Below are positions 14,780 to 26,584 of a DNA stretch of 64,000 nt, in pieces. The notes beneath the pieces are model-generated. The model searched no databases. It was not told the origin of the DNA and saw nothing but the letters and a program-made list of their open reading frames with translations. The translations under genes were made by a program, and so were the position numbers. The stretch lies in the NCBI RefSeq assembly GCF_009914755.1, contig NC_060928.1; one strand, given 5' to 3'. How positions within the stretch are numbered: position 1 is the first letter of the stretch; every line of letters starts with the position of its first letter. The DNA is from the human T2T-CHM13v2.0 reference genome, Homo sapiens.

Positions 14780-16513
14780 TTTTTCAAGTTCTGAAAATAT
14801 TTTTTATTAATTTGTCCAGTTATTTTATTTTCATTAAATCAAATTATTTTAGAGCTAATGTAAGCTTAGCTTACATTCTAATTAAGGTTATATTATAACA
14901 CTAATTTTAATGTCAACATTGAAAATTAAACATTAAAATAACATTAATACAGAAATTAAAATAAAAATATGAAAATATGTACAAGAGGGTTAGCAGGAAA
15001 AACTTGGTAAAGAATTAATTTAAATACCGTACTTTCTTTTTCAATACCCATTAGTAAAAAATGGCAGTAAAAATATTCTGGTTCATAATTGAATATAATG
15101 AGGAGTTCCTAATGGGGAATGTGCCTTTTTCTAAATGTCCCATTGTGATAACTTTAGACCCTCAACATTCTTCTTCAGGTTCAGTAGTTCATTTTCCTGC
15201 CTTCTTTTCTCTAGTTTGAAGGTTCATTTGTTAGCTTTCTTCTCCATTCTCTTGTGCTCTTTTACAGCTTGCTTTCTTTCTCTTTTATTTTCTTTGCTTT
15301 CATTTTTAGAATGTGGGTTGATACCCTTTGCAGATCCCTGCCATTAATCATCTGCACATATTCAATTTGATTTGCGTTGAGTTCTTTCTTTGGTAAGCCA
15401 TTGAGAGATATTCCTGTTTCTCATTTTTGGATTTGTTGGGCTTTCGTTGATGCTGGATAAACTAAAGATGGTTATATAAATGTGAGCATGCACGGCAAAT
15501 GGATTCTTCATCAATTTGCTTTTGCTTCTTTTAGAACTATAGGAATTATCTCTACCTCCCCCAACTCATCAATCTCATTTACTGGCAGACAATTTTATCC
15601 TCAGAGGCTTAAAGAGTATTCAGCTTTACACAATTTGCTGCCTTCTCTTTGTATCAGTCATTCAAAACTTTGTGTAAACGATTGCTCAAGTAACTCAGGT
15701 CCACTCTGTCTATGTGAATGAAACCCTCCAATTTGTCATCATCCAGAGCTACAATCTTAAAATCATCATATTGTTCATAAAAGTTCTCAAACTTCTCTTT
15801 TTATAGGGTCAGCTACTCTTTTCTTTTTAGGACTCAGGAAGTTATATTCTATGAAATGACAACACATTTCCTCTTCCTTAAAAAAGTGGCTTTCTATGAC
15901 TTTGTGAGATTTTCCCAGGCAGACAAATAATCTTCATCTGAAAATGGGCTTTGAAAATCAGTCATTATTCCTTGCTTTCACTTTTTTTTTCTCATCCATA
16001 ATCCATTAACTATCTAATATCTTTCTCAAACTCTGATGTAAACATTGATTAAGGCAAATTAATTTCAGGGCCTGGAATTACAAAATTCCTTCTTTCTCAT
16101 CTCTTTTCCTGCATGTACTGATGTGTTTTTGGGAATAAGGGGAATAAGCACTGAGGGCCCAGATGGTTCTTTCAGATGCTTTAGGTAGTCACAACCATCA
16201 TCAAAAACACTTCATAACTTCCTCTGTTTTACTCACCTTGTTTATCATTTTTTTTAATGTGTGGACAACACAACTCCTCTGGGATACATTGGTATCTGCT
16301 ACTGAAAATCTCTTTGACTTGAGTGGACCATGTGAAAAGACACAGTTTTCTCGTCTATAAAGGTCCCCCTCCCCAAACTCATTCTGCAACTGTGTAGGGC
16401 TTCCCCTCAAAACAGCAACTATATACCTTAGTGTCCCAGACAGAGCAGGTAACATTACATCCCAGGAGTGTACAAGGACCAGTTAATAGCCACATCTTAA
16501 GGCCTTGCCACAG
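14780..16513 (-). pseudogene. LTV1: Processed (retrotransposed) pseudogene of LTV1, 40S ribosome biogenesis factor
   Basis: Minus-strand translation gives FIDEKTVSFHMVHSSQRD (after ATG 16382), DYLKHLKEPSGPSVLIP (about 16190-16140), FENFYEQYDD (about 15790-15765), QMINGRDLQRVST (about 15355-15315) and FKLEKRRQENELLNLKKNVEGLKL (ends 15149), matching recalled human LTV1 from N- to C-terminus. No introns, many stops/frameshifts, AATAAA at 14808-14803, A-tract 14784-14776, TSD cctttggatttt at 14768-14779 and 16519-16530. Confidence 0.92.
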
Positions 16514-17000
16514 TGCTGCCTTTGGATTTTGTAGCACAAACCCGAAGTCTTGGCTCAGAGACACAATGAAAGCTGCAAATATTCCACCCAGCAATGCCTG
16601 AAAACACCCACTCTGTCTCAGCCACACCCGCAAGGTCAACCAAAGCAACCCAAAGTCTTAAATTATCTGCCAGATTCTGTGCCTCACTCAGGGTTGAAAG
16701 CCCACATAGGTTATCACCTAAAGCCCTCAGCCCTGCATTAAAATACTGTAATTTCCTATGCGATTTTGTCCCCCAAAACCTACCCACCTGGTCCATTTCT
16801 TATTTATTACTCAAGACTCCTTGTATATCTACCAAGATTTTGGAGTTTAGTGAGGATCTATCCCTTTTTTCCCCATCTTAATCCTTGAACCAATCCAGAG
16901 ACAGATGCAGGATTTCAACAGAAGAAAATAATATTTTAATATAGCACTTTTATTAAAGATAAAGTTGATTTCTAGAGTCGGAGTATTCCAGACGTAGACT

Positions 17001-17330
<330 letters not shown>

Positions 17331-17334
17331 TCTA

Positions 17335-18305
17335 TATCTTTACTTAACATGTTCAATCTTTTCTTAACTGCTTCAACAAATGGAATACAGTTATAAGAAC
17401 CATATTATGTTTTATGTATTTTAGGTTTAATATCTTTGACTACCAATTCTATTATCTGTGTCATTTCTGTGTCAATTTTGATTGATTTATTTTTTCCTCA
17501 TTATAGATTATATTTCCCTGCTTCTTTGTATTCCTGATCATATTTTAACATGAGACATTGTGAATTTCACCTTGGGTGCGTTATATTTTTGTAGTCTTTA
17601 AAATATTTTTAAGCTTTGTTTTTGGACAGGGTGAATTGGGAACTACTTGATTCTTTGTGGGTCTTGCTTTTAAGTTTTGTTAGCAAAACTAGGGCTGCAT
17701 TTAATCTAGAGTTAAGTTTCTGCCAATACTGAAGCAAGACCCTTGTTCTTTGACTATGACCCTTGATTATGAGGTCTTACCCTCCAGCTGTTGAGTTAGG
17801 CATTATTTCTGATGCTGTTTGGCCCCTGGATACTGTTTTCTCTAATATTTTCATGTGATTCTTTACCTGGCCTCAGGTAGTTTCCTCATATGTATGCGTT
17901 GATTAGTACTTGACTGAATGCTCACTGAGCCTTCTGCCTATTTCAGCATTTTTCTCTTTGTAAAACTTTTTCCCTTCCAGTACCCTGTGATGTGAAGTCT
18001 AGCCACCTCTACTTCTATGGACTGTCAGCTCTGCCTCCTCAACTCAGGGAGATGTCTGGGTTCTGGGCTCTGTCTGGGTTTTCTTTCCTTGTGCCATATC
18101 CTAGAAAGTTTCTTCAGACAGTAAGCTGGGTAATCAAAAGACTCGCCTCTAGTTTTTGCCATCTTTCGGGAATCACTGTCCTTCACTGCCTGATATTTAT
18201 TGTTTTGAGTGTTATTGTTTCATGTATTTTGTCTTTTTTTCATTTTTTTCAAGACGGAATATAAACCTAGCTGCTATTATTAAGTCTTGAATGGTAGTGG
18301 AAGTC
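17335..18305 (-). mobile_element. old L1M 5'/ORF1-region fragment
   Basis: tggaatacagttataa...tatttccctgcttctttg...gacattgtgaatttcaccttgggtg typical of an antisense L1MD/ME 5' region. Confidence 0.6.
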
Positions 18306-18319
18306 CCATTGATCAATTT

Positions 18320-18760
18320 TCAAGTATTGCACAAAGCTTATATTCCAGTATAAACCCCACTTGGTCATGATATGTTGTTCTTTTTATATATTGCTAGATT
18401 GATTTCGTTAAGAGTTTGTTGAAAGTTTTTGTGTCTGTGTTCATATAGGATATTGGTCTGTTCCTTTCTTGTAATGCCTTATCTGGTTTTGGTGTCAGGG
18501 TAATACTACCTTCATAAAAAGAATTGAGAAGTGTTTTCTCCTCTTCTAGTTTCTGGAACAAGCTGTATAGAATTTATATTATTTTTTATTAACGGTTGGG
18601 TAAATATTACCAGTGATAATATCTGGAACTACAGTTAACTTTAGTTTTTTAATGACAAAATCAATTTCTTTAATAGATATAAGACTATTCAGATCATCTT
18701 TTTCCTTTTTTGATTTGATATTTTGCATCTTCTAAAGAATTAGTCAATTTTGTCTAAATT
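18320..18760 (-). mobile_element. old L1M ORF2 fragment
   Basis: ataaaccccacttggtcatga...gatattggtctg...tctggttttggtgtcagggtaatact. Confidence 0.8.
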
Positions 18761-19559
18761 GCCAAGACTGTTTCTATGGAGTGCTGAAGGCAAAAGCCAG
18801 ACCAAAGGAATTTAAGAGGTTTTTTGTAGAGTTTTGGTACAAAGGGTAGGACATAATGTGGTAATATCTGGAAAGAAGTGAGTTTAAGAGAAACCTTTAG
18901 ATTTTTTAAATATATGGGAAATAAGATAATATATGATGATGAGAACATCCCAGTAGAAAATTTTGGTTGCTTCATGCTTAATTGTTAGGGTCAGTGTGCA
19001 ATCAAATTGGATAAAAGGTATACAGACAGGCTTTAAATCACAGGGCGGCATGCAAAAGAGAGTTTTAATTTTAATTTAGTGCACATTTTTCTTGATCTTT
19101 CATCCTTGCATCCTAGACCAAGGCAGATTACTGAGTTTCACTCAGGCAAGAACTCTTCTACCAGCTTATAAAAACAAATGGCCAGGTAATGGTTGATCTT
19201 CAGGTTTAATCCAAAATGAGAATTATCATAGTTAAAAGGGGAGTTTTAATATTCATTATCATTGTCCCCTTTTTCTCCACTTACTCTCCCATTTTGTCTC
19301 AAAAATGGGAAATGAAAAATTATACTGATAATTTTTACTCAATTGTGAAAATAGCCACTGAATGGATGTAACAAGATGCTCTAATGCCCTTAAAAGAGGA
19401 GGAAAGGTGTTGACAGCTGATATGTAAACAGTTATGCAGCGCAGACAGGATGAGAGATGAGCCCTACTGGCTCAGATCAGTAAGTTTTCTTGGGTTTGGA
19501 ACCAGCCATCATGCACAGAGCTGGGACAAAAGCGACCTAGGTGAAGCTTACTACAAATG

Positions 19560-19910
19560 CAAAATCCAGAGAGGGAAAAGAGCTTAATGTCATTCAGTGT
19601 ACAGTGTGACAGAATGCAGTGATAGGGCCATGTGTTACAGGATGAGCTCCTCAGATGTGGTCGGGTCTGAATTATTAGGGACTTGTGGGCTGTGGTTAAA
19701 AATTAGATTTTATTCTGTGTGATGCTAAATAGATAAAGAATTTCTATTTTAAAAAGATGACATAGGCTGCTGCATAAAAGATGGATTGTAGCAAGCAAGA
19801 GTGGATGCTGATAGCAGGCTATTGTGGTAATTCTGAAGATGATGGTATTGTGAACTAGGGTGGAGACGAAGTGAAATAAGTAAATTGGAGTGTATTTTGG
19901 AAGTAGAACT
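19560..19910 (-). mobile_element. L2 fragment
   Basis: gattttattctgtgtgatg...ggctgctgcataaaagatggattgta...ggctattgtggtaat. Confidence 0.6.
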
Positions 19911-19914
19911 CAAA

Positions 19915-20110
19915 TTTTGAAATCAGATTTGGGCTAGCATTTATCTGCAAACTACTTATATGACTTTGGACATTTTTAAAAACCTTTCCTACCTTGTTTC
20001 TCATTTGCAGAATGACGATTATGGGAATATTAAAATAACACATAAAATATAAGGTTTGTCCCATGATGTCTGGCATGTATTAAGCACTCAGTAAATAGTA
20101 GCTATCATTC
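19915..20110 (+). mobile_element. MIR
   Basis: tgactttggac...tgtttctcatttgcagaatg...tctggcatgtattaagcactcagtaaatagtagcta. Confidence 0.75.
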
Positions 20111-20119
20111 TTATCATGT

Positions 20120-20920
20120 TATTGTAGCCCCAAACTGATCTCCGTATGGTCCATTTCTCTCTCTACACCACACAATATTGTTGCATTGCCACCAGAACTA
20201 TCTTTGTAAGTCACAGATTATATCACTTCTTTGCTTAAGAAACCACTTAATTTCTTCTGATCATTATAAACTTCATAGCATGTAGAAAAGATATCCATCC
20301 ATCTGTCTTTGCATCTTCACTTCTCACATCATTCTTCTCCCATTTACTGTATGCACTGGAGTAATGCTTCTCAAACTTTAATGTGCCTGCAGCTCACCAG
20401 GGCATCTTGTTAAAATGTAGACTCTGATTCAAAAGATCTGGGTGAGGCCTGAGGTTCTGCATTTCTAACAAGCTCCTACAGATGTTTCTTCTCACTGGAC
20501 CACACTTAGAGAAGTAGCACTAAGTACTTAAAGTTCCTGCAAGGTTATTTTGTGTCCCTATAACTTTTACTCTACTAATTAATCTGATCTCACTGTCTGG
20601 TATGGCCTTTCCTCATTTCTCTACTTAATGAAATCATTCTTATCTTTCAAGACCTATCTAACTCAGAGGTCATTTTCTCTATGAAATTTTCTTCAAACAC
20701 ACATTTGATTCACCGCTGAAGCTTCCCAAATGTTTGCTTTCTCCCTTCCTCATAGTATTTGGTAAATAGCTTTTATTACAGTGTGTGTCATTTTGTACTG
20801 CTGCTAACTTTTAGATTGTTGGTCTTCCTTGGAGGACAGTGCTCCTTGAGGTCAAGTTTTGTGTCTTTGTTTTTTTCAGCAAGTTGCACAGCTCCTTACA
20901 CAAATAAATAAATGAATAAA
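20120..20920 (+). mobile_element. L2 3' fragment (hosts MER5A)
   Basis: cagattatatcacttctttgcttaa...tcttatctttcaagacc...gctccttgaggtca...aaataaataaatgaataaat. Confidence 0.6.
20362..20517. mobile_element. MER5A-type hAT MITE
   Basis: gcttctcaaacttt...cttgttaaaatgtagactctgattca...ctgcatttctaacaagctcc...ggaccacactt. Confidence 0.85.
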
Positions 20921-23855
20921 TAATGCTGTGTTGTGTATCTCTGAAAATGGTGAATCACTCTGTACAGCAAATGTTACTTCAGCAAATAAAAACATGGGGT
21001 TTTTCAGCTTAAATTATTGATTTGGCATTTTTTAAATATAAAGCACTCCTTAAATTCTCTTCAGTCATTGTAGCTGGTCATCTAAATCAATTTTACATTC
21101 ATTAGCAAGTCAATGTATTGTTTATTAACTCTTAACAGAGTCATATTTCTTTTCCGAGTCAGAAAGCCTCAGGCTTTTCTTAGCTAATACAAAGCTAAAA
21201 TTTATAAAGATTATACACACTGTGACTAATCATTTCTTTTAACAGTGCTCCTAGAGAGTAACATAGTTAAAGAATGTTTGCCTGAAGCTTTTAAGAAATG
21301 AGGGATAAAATGGAAATATAACTGGTTTTTTTTTTAGCATTTAAAGAATGTAAAAAGAAGAATAGGTATGCTACTTAATTTATATTGTAATATTTATAGC
21401 CACATTTTTAAGTTCATGCTTTTTAAAAATTATATTTATTTTACAGAGTAATTTATGAATCACATTGGACCAAAAGTTTCTTCAGGGGATCCATGTGCAG
21501 TTAACTTCTATTTCATAAGAATCCTTTAGCTTTTATTAAATTTTCTCAGGGAGAGAAATTATGTTTGTTTCCTCTTTCTCAACCCTCCCAGTTCCCAACC
21601 AGGGAAAATCTCTTTGAAGTCAATTAGAACTCCTTGCTTACATTGTAACATAAAGTGAGTAGTGCTTTCCCTAAAATGGAGAAGCTAGAGATATGACTGT
21701 CTATCAGCAGGCGGGATGGCTTTGCTCTCAGGCTGATGAATTGTGCTTTTCCATACGCAGAACTCTTGGTGTTGCTGATTTCAATTAAGTAGACTTCCAA
21801 ATTTTAATTTACATAGCATTAACACGTTTCCCTGAGAAGTGACAGTTTTATGGAGACATTTCCTTGTCTCCTCTCATGAAACTGAAAAAAAAAAAAAATC
21901 CACAGAGCATTCATTTACACTTCTAAAAGTGATAGGCTTTGTTTTGATGCCACTTTCATTGCACTGCTTCTGATCTTCTATTTCTAATTAAAATGGGAAT
22001 TTAGGGTAATTTAAACAATACTCTGGCTATACTAGAAGCTATTTTTTTGGTCTGATAATAAAGGAGATAAGGCTATTGGACAAAGGCTAAGGATATGCTC
22101 TTTATGTCTTGGCTTTCAAGAGGCCTTAGAGTCTACTGTGAGTGCCTTCCCTTGTAGACCTTCTTCAAGTTTAGCTTCTATTACCCTTCATTCAGTCCTA
22201 CTTCAGCCCAGAGAGGGTACCCTAAAATCAGTCACTTTGGAGGGAAGTGGGAATTTAAATTGGGTCTTGTAATGGGAATATGATTTTAGTATGGGGAGGG
22301 GAGTTAGTTGATTATGCTTAGTTAAGAAATAATTGTTAGTAGAAGCTCAAATATAGAGAGAATGTTAGGAATATTCTGGGGACAGCTCAGTGATCAGTTT
22401 TGTTGAATAATAATAGATAATTGAAAAGGAAGCTTGTGACCGGATTGTTGAGAAACTTAAATTTGGATCAAGTCATTTGGACTTTACTTATTCAGTATAT
22501 ATTTTAAGTTATTGAAGGACTTTTTAAAATGGCATGGATGATAGCCTTGTTAAATTTGGATGGGCAGAGTTATGTGACATCCTGGGACAATAGGGATAGC
22601 AAGTGAGGAAAGGGAAGAAAATTCTACAGTTAAAACGGAGCCGTGGAATTCTGGCCTACATGTATAGTCTGGTCCATGAGAAGCTCACAAACTCATGTAA
22701 TAAATAGGCAATTATAGTAGCAGGAATCATTCTTCCTGCTGGGGAATAGCAATAAAAATATGTAGCAATCATGGAAGTCAGAGGGCAGGGTCACAGTGCA
22801 CATCACAAAGTCTTCCCATTTAGTAGGTCCCTTGCCACTGGGGGACAAGTTGAGTGTACAATAATCAGGTAAAGAAAAGGGCTTATCATGATAGAGAAAG
22901 AGGACTAGGAACCCCTAGTTACTTATGGAGGTTCAGGGCAGGATCTCAGTTCTATAGTTTGTGTATGGGATAGAGTGGGATAAACCGAATGTGGCAGAAA
23001 CCTGGTAACATGGCAGAAAGTAAAGAGGGAGACTAGAGCCAGAAGCTCAGTCCGATGGTTTAGGACAACAGGATATGGCTGTATGATCACCCCAAGCTTA
23101 TACCTAGTTCACTGGACCCTAGGTATGTTGGTGATGAAAGAGGCTGTAGGCTTCAGGCAATGATAGTCCAGCTGTAAGTGCTGGATCATCAGACCTGGAG
23201 AGGCCAATCTGATAGTGGCAGTGAGGTTGTAAACTACTATGGGGCGGAACCTGCAGTAGTTGATTCAGCTTAGGGGAAGAAGCATGGAAAATGAAGCAGG
23301 GTATAGCAGATGTTTCGTAAGTGTCTCTTTCCTCTTGAAAACTCTCCAGTGTTCTTTATGATAACGTTCTAATGCAGTGGCCTACTATGCAAGTCCCTAC
23401 ACAATATTAGTCAAATGGCTCTGTAATTTATTATCTTTTACAGTTCTCTACATGGACTTACTCTTGTAAGCAACTTATTTATACACTATTCTCGTGCACC
23501 TTATGCTTTCCATTTTCCATTCTTTTTCTAAAAAATTGTCTTTTCCTGGATCACCCTTTCTTAATTCTTTCTACTTATCAAAATTCTATAAGATCCAGGG
23601 CAGCCATTCATATCCCCCTTGTTTATTTCAGCACAAAGTAACCTTTTTCTAACACCAGACCTCTTCTTATCCATTTAATATTTGCTTACCCTACCTTCCT
23701 GTGAGAATTTTTCATCTGCATTTTTCAATGTAACAGGTTTATTTAGAATCTACTCAGGCACTTTGAAAGGTGCTAGGGAAGAGTATTTTTTTTTTGTAAT
23801 AAGCTCCAACCTCTGTATTTCCTAAGTTACAAAATATACTATACATTTTACTGGG

Positions 23856-24228
23856 TGAATTAGACTGCTCATGCTGCCAACAAAATACCATATACTGGGA
23901 GTCTTAAGCAATACAAATATATTTCTTACAGTTATAGAGGCTTGGTAGTCCAAGATCAAGGTGACAGTAATTCAGTTCCTGGTGAAGGCCCTCTTTCTGC
24001 CTGAAGATGGGCCATCTTCTTGCTGTGTCTTCCCATGGCAAAGAAAACTCTCTGGTGTCTCTTCCTCTTCTTAGAAGGATATTCGTCCCACTTTGGGGGC
24101 TCTACTCTTCTGACCTCATTTAAACCTAATTACTTCCCAAAGACCTCACCTCCTAATACCATCACATTGGGGATTAGGGTTTTAGTATATAAACTTGAAG
24201 GGAGAACACAAGTATGTAGTCCATAACA
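23856..24228 (-). mobile_element. MLT1A0-like LTR (3' LTR of a one-LTR provirus)
   Basis: caaaataccatatactgg...gtccaagatcaaggtg...cctcctaataccatcacattggggattaggg...gtccataaca. Confidence 0.85.
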
Positions 24229-25710
24229 TTCCAAATGTATGTGTCCATAATAGTCCAAAATGTATGTCCTTCTCACATGCAAAATATAGTCATTGCATCC
24301 CCTAATAAGATGATGCTTAATTCATTCCAGCATCAACCCTAATGTCCAAAGTCTCATCTAAATCAGATATGAGTGAGACTATAAGTATGATTCATTCTGA
24401 CGCAGAATTTTTCTCCAGCTATGAACCTGTAAAATCAGACAAATTATGCATTTCTAAAATAGAGTGGTGAGCTATGCATAGGACAAACATTTCCATTCCA
24501 AAGGGGAGAAATAAGAAGAAGAAAGGAGTAATAGGTCCCAAGCAAGTCCAAAATCTAGCAAGGCAAATTTCACTAAACATTAATAGTAAGGTGTGACTAT
24601 TAATAATCCTCTTTGGTTTGATGCTCTGTCCTGTGGGCCCACGGGGGTGGCAACATCACCCCCATGGGTGGGTAGTGTGGCCCTGCCTTTTTTGGTGGTG
24701 GAGCTGCAACTCTCTGCAGCGGCCCACCTACACTGCAGCTCTCTGCAGGACTGCAGTTTTCCTTTTGAAACTGACATGGAGGTACTCTTGCTCCCTGGGC
24801 CTGTATGCTCTGGGCCCGTGGTGATAGTGGCATTCCTGACGATATCTAAATAGCGTTTGTGGTCCTTCTTCCTTTTCTTGAAGGATGGTACCTGTTCACG
24901 GCTGAATAGCTCTGTGGTCCCATTTGTAGAATCAGAAAAACCCAGCAGACATTTTTTATTCCCTCCCACTTTTTCTGTCCCCTTTCATTCAAATGGGCAA
25001 TGTCTTTGCTGGCATAATTCCATCTGTATTCCTGGCCTCTGCTGAAATGGCTGAATAAGTTTATGAGCCACACTCATGGTCTTTTTATCAAATGGTTGCT
25101 CAGCCATACCCTTAATAGTCTCTTCTGAACAAACTCTCTCATGTTTTATAATAGGAATAGGCTGAGAGTTTTCCAGGTCTTCAAGTTCTGGTTCCTTTTT
25201 TCTTAACAACTACATCTTCAATTTATTTCTCTACTGTCACATTTTATTATAAACAGCCAGGGGGAACAAAGCCATTGCTTAAAAACTTTACCTAGAAATA
25301 TTCTTGGCTAAATATTCAATTTTATTGCTTCCAAGTTCTACCTTTTGCAAAAAGCTAGGACATGAACACAATTCAACCAAGTTCCTTGCCATTTTATAAC
25401 AAGGATGACCTTTCCTCCAGTTTCTAATAATATAGTCCTCATTTCCATCTGAAACCTCACCAGAATGGCCTTTGTAATCCATATTTTTGCCAACATTCTG
25501 TTTACAATTATTTGTGTATTCTCTAAGAAGATGGATGCTTTCTCTATAGCTCTTCTCTTTTCTTTCTGATCCCTCATCAGAATCTCCCCTTTTCATGTCC
25601 ATATTTCTAGCATAACCTCGAAACTCCTTTAGCCTTTGCCCACTACCCAGTTTTAAAGCCACTTCCACATTTTTAGGTATTTTTCACAGCATCACCCCAC
25701 TTCTTGGTAC
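24229..25710 (-). mobile_element. MLT1A0-int (MaLR internal region)
   Basis: tccttctcacatgcaaaata...cattccaaaggggagaaata...gccacttccacatttttaggtat...ccccacttcttggtac; minus-strand remnant ORF IRNWRKGHPCYKMARNLVELC is the MaLR internal ORF. Confidence 0.85.
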
Positions 25711-26251
25711 TACTGGGACAAAACAATTCTAAATGTCAATGTGCCCAATAACAGAGCTTCCAAATGCATGAAACAAAAACTGATAGAACTGTAAGGAGAA
25801 ATATATGTCCACAGTTATAAAGATTTCAATACCTGCTCTCAATAATTAATAGAAAGACAGAATATAAGAAAGTTATAGATTTGATAATCATCAACCAACT
25901 TAACCTAATTGACATTTATAGCACACTGCATCTAACAACAACAGAATTCAGTCTTCTCTAGAGCACAAGAAGTATTTAAGAGACATCATATGCTGAGCAG
26001 TAAAATTAATAGAGATTAAAATTAAATGAAGTATGTTCTCTGACCACAAAGGAGTTAAATTAGAAATCAATAATAGAAAGGTATTGGGATAAATCTCTTA
26101 ATATTTGGAATCTAAAGAACATACTTTTAACTAAACCATGGGTCACAGAAATCAAAAGGGTGATTAATATTTTGGATGGAATGAAATTAAAACACAGCAG
26201 TTAAAACTTACAGGATGTAGCCAGAGTATGTAGAGAGAAATTTATAGCACT

Positions 26252-26253
<2 letters not shown>

Positions 26254-26291
<38 letters not shown>
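26254..26291. repeat. (AC)19 microsatellite
   Basis: perfect AC run next to the 3' end of the Alu. Confidence 0.95.
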
Positions 26292-26293
<2 letters not shown>

Positions 26294-26297
26294 ATGT

Positions 26298-26584
26298 TTG
26301 TCACCCGGGATGGAATACGCACACGTGTGTGTATGCACCCAGGGTGCAATCATGGCTCACTGCAGCCTTGACCTCCTGGGTTCAAGCCATCCTCGCACCT
26401 CATCCTCCCAAGTAGCTGGGACTACAGGTGCTTGCCACCATGCCTGGCTAATTTTTATAATTTTTGTAGAGACAGGATTTTGCCATGTTGTCCAGACTGG
26501 TCTTGAACTCCTGTGCTGAAGTGATCTGCCTGGCTCTCCCTCCCAAAGTGCTAGGATTACAAGTGTGAGCCACTGCACCCAGCC
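26298..26584 (-). mobile_element. AluJ lacking its tail, with a palindromic insertion
   Basis: caatcatggctcactgcagccttgacctcctggg (AluJ diagnostics)...gagccactgcacccagcc. Confidence 0.93.

Noticed and set aside
15135-15347. Plus-strand F/S/L-rich ORF that looks like a membrane peptide
   Set aside because: It is the antisense reading of the K/E-rich LTV1 C-terminus
16201-16455. 84-aa minus ORF over the retrocopy 5' end as a functional retrogene
   Set aside because: Non-ATG start and mostly out of frame with LTV1; the parent frame has many stops and frameshifts
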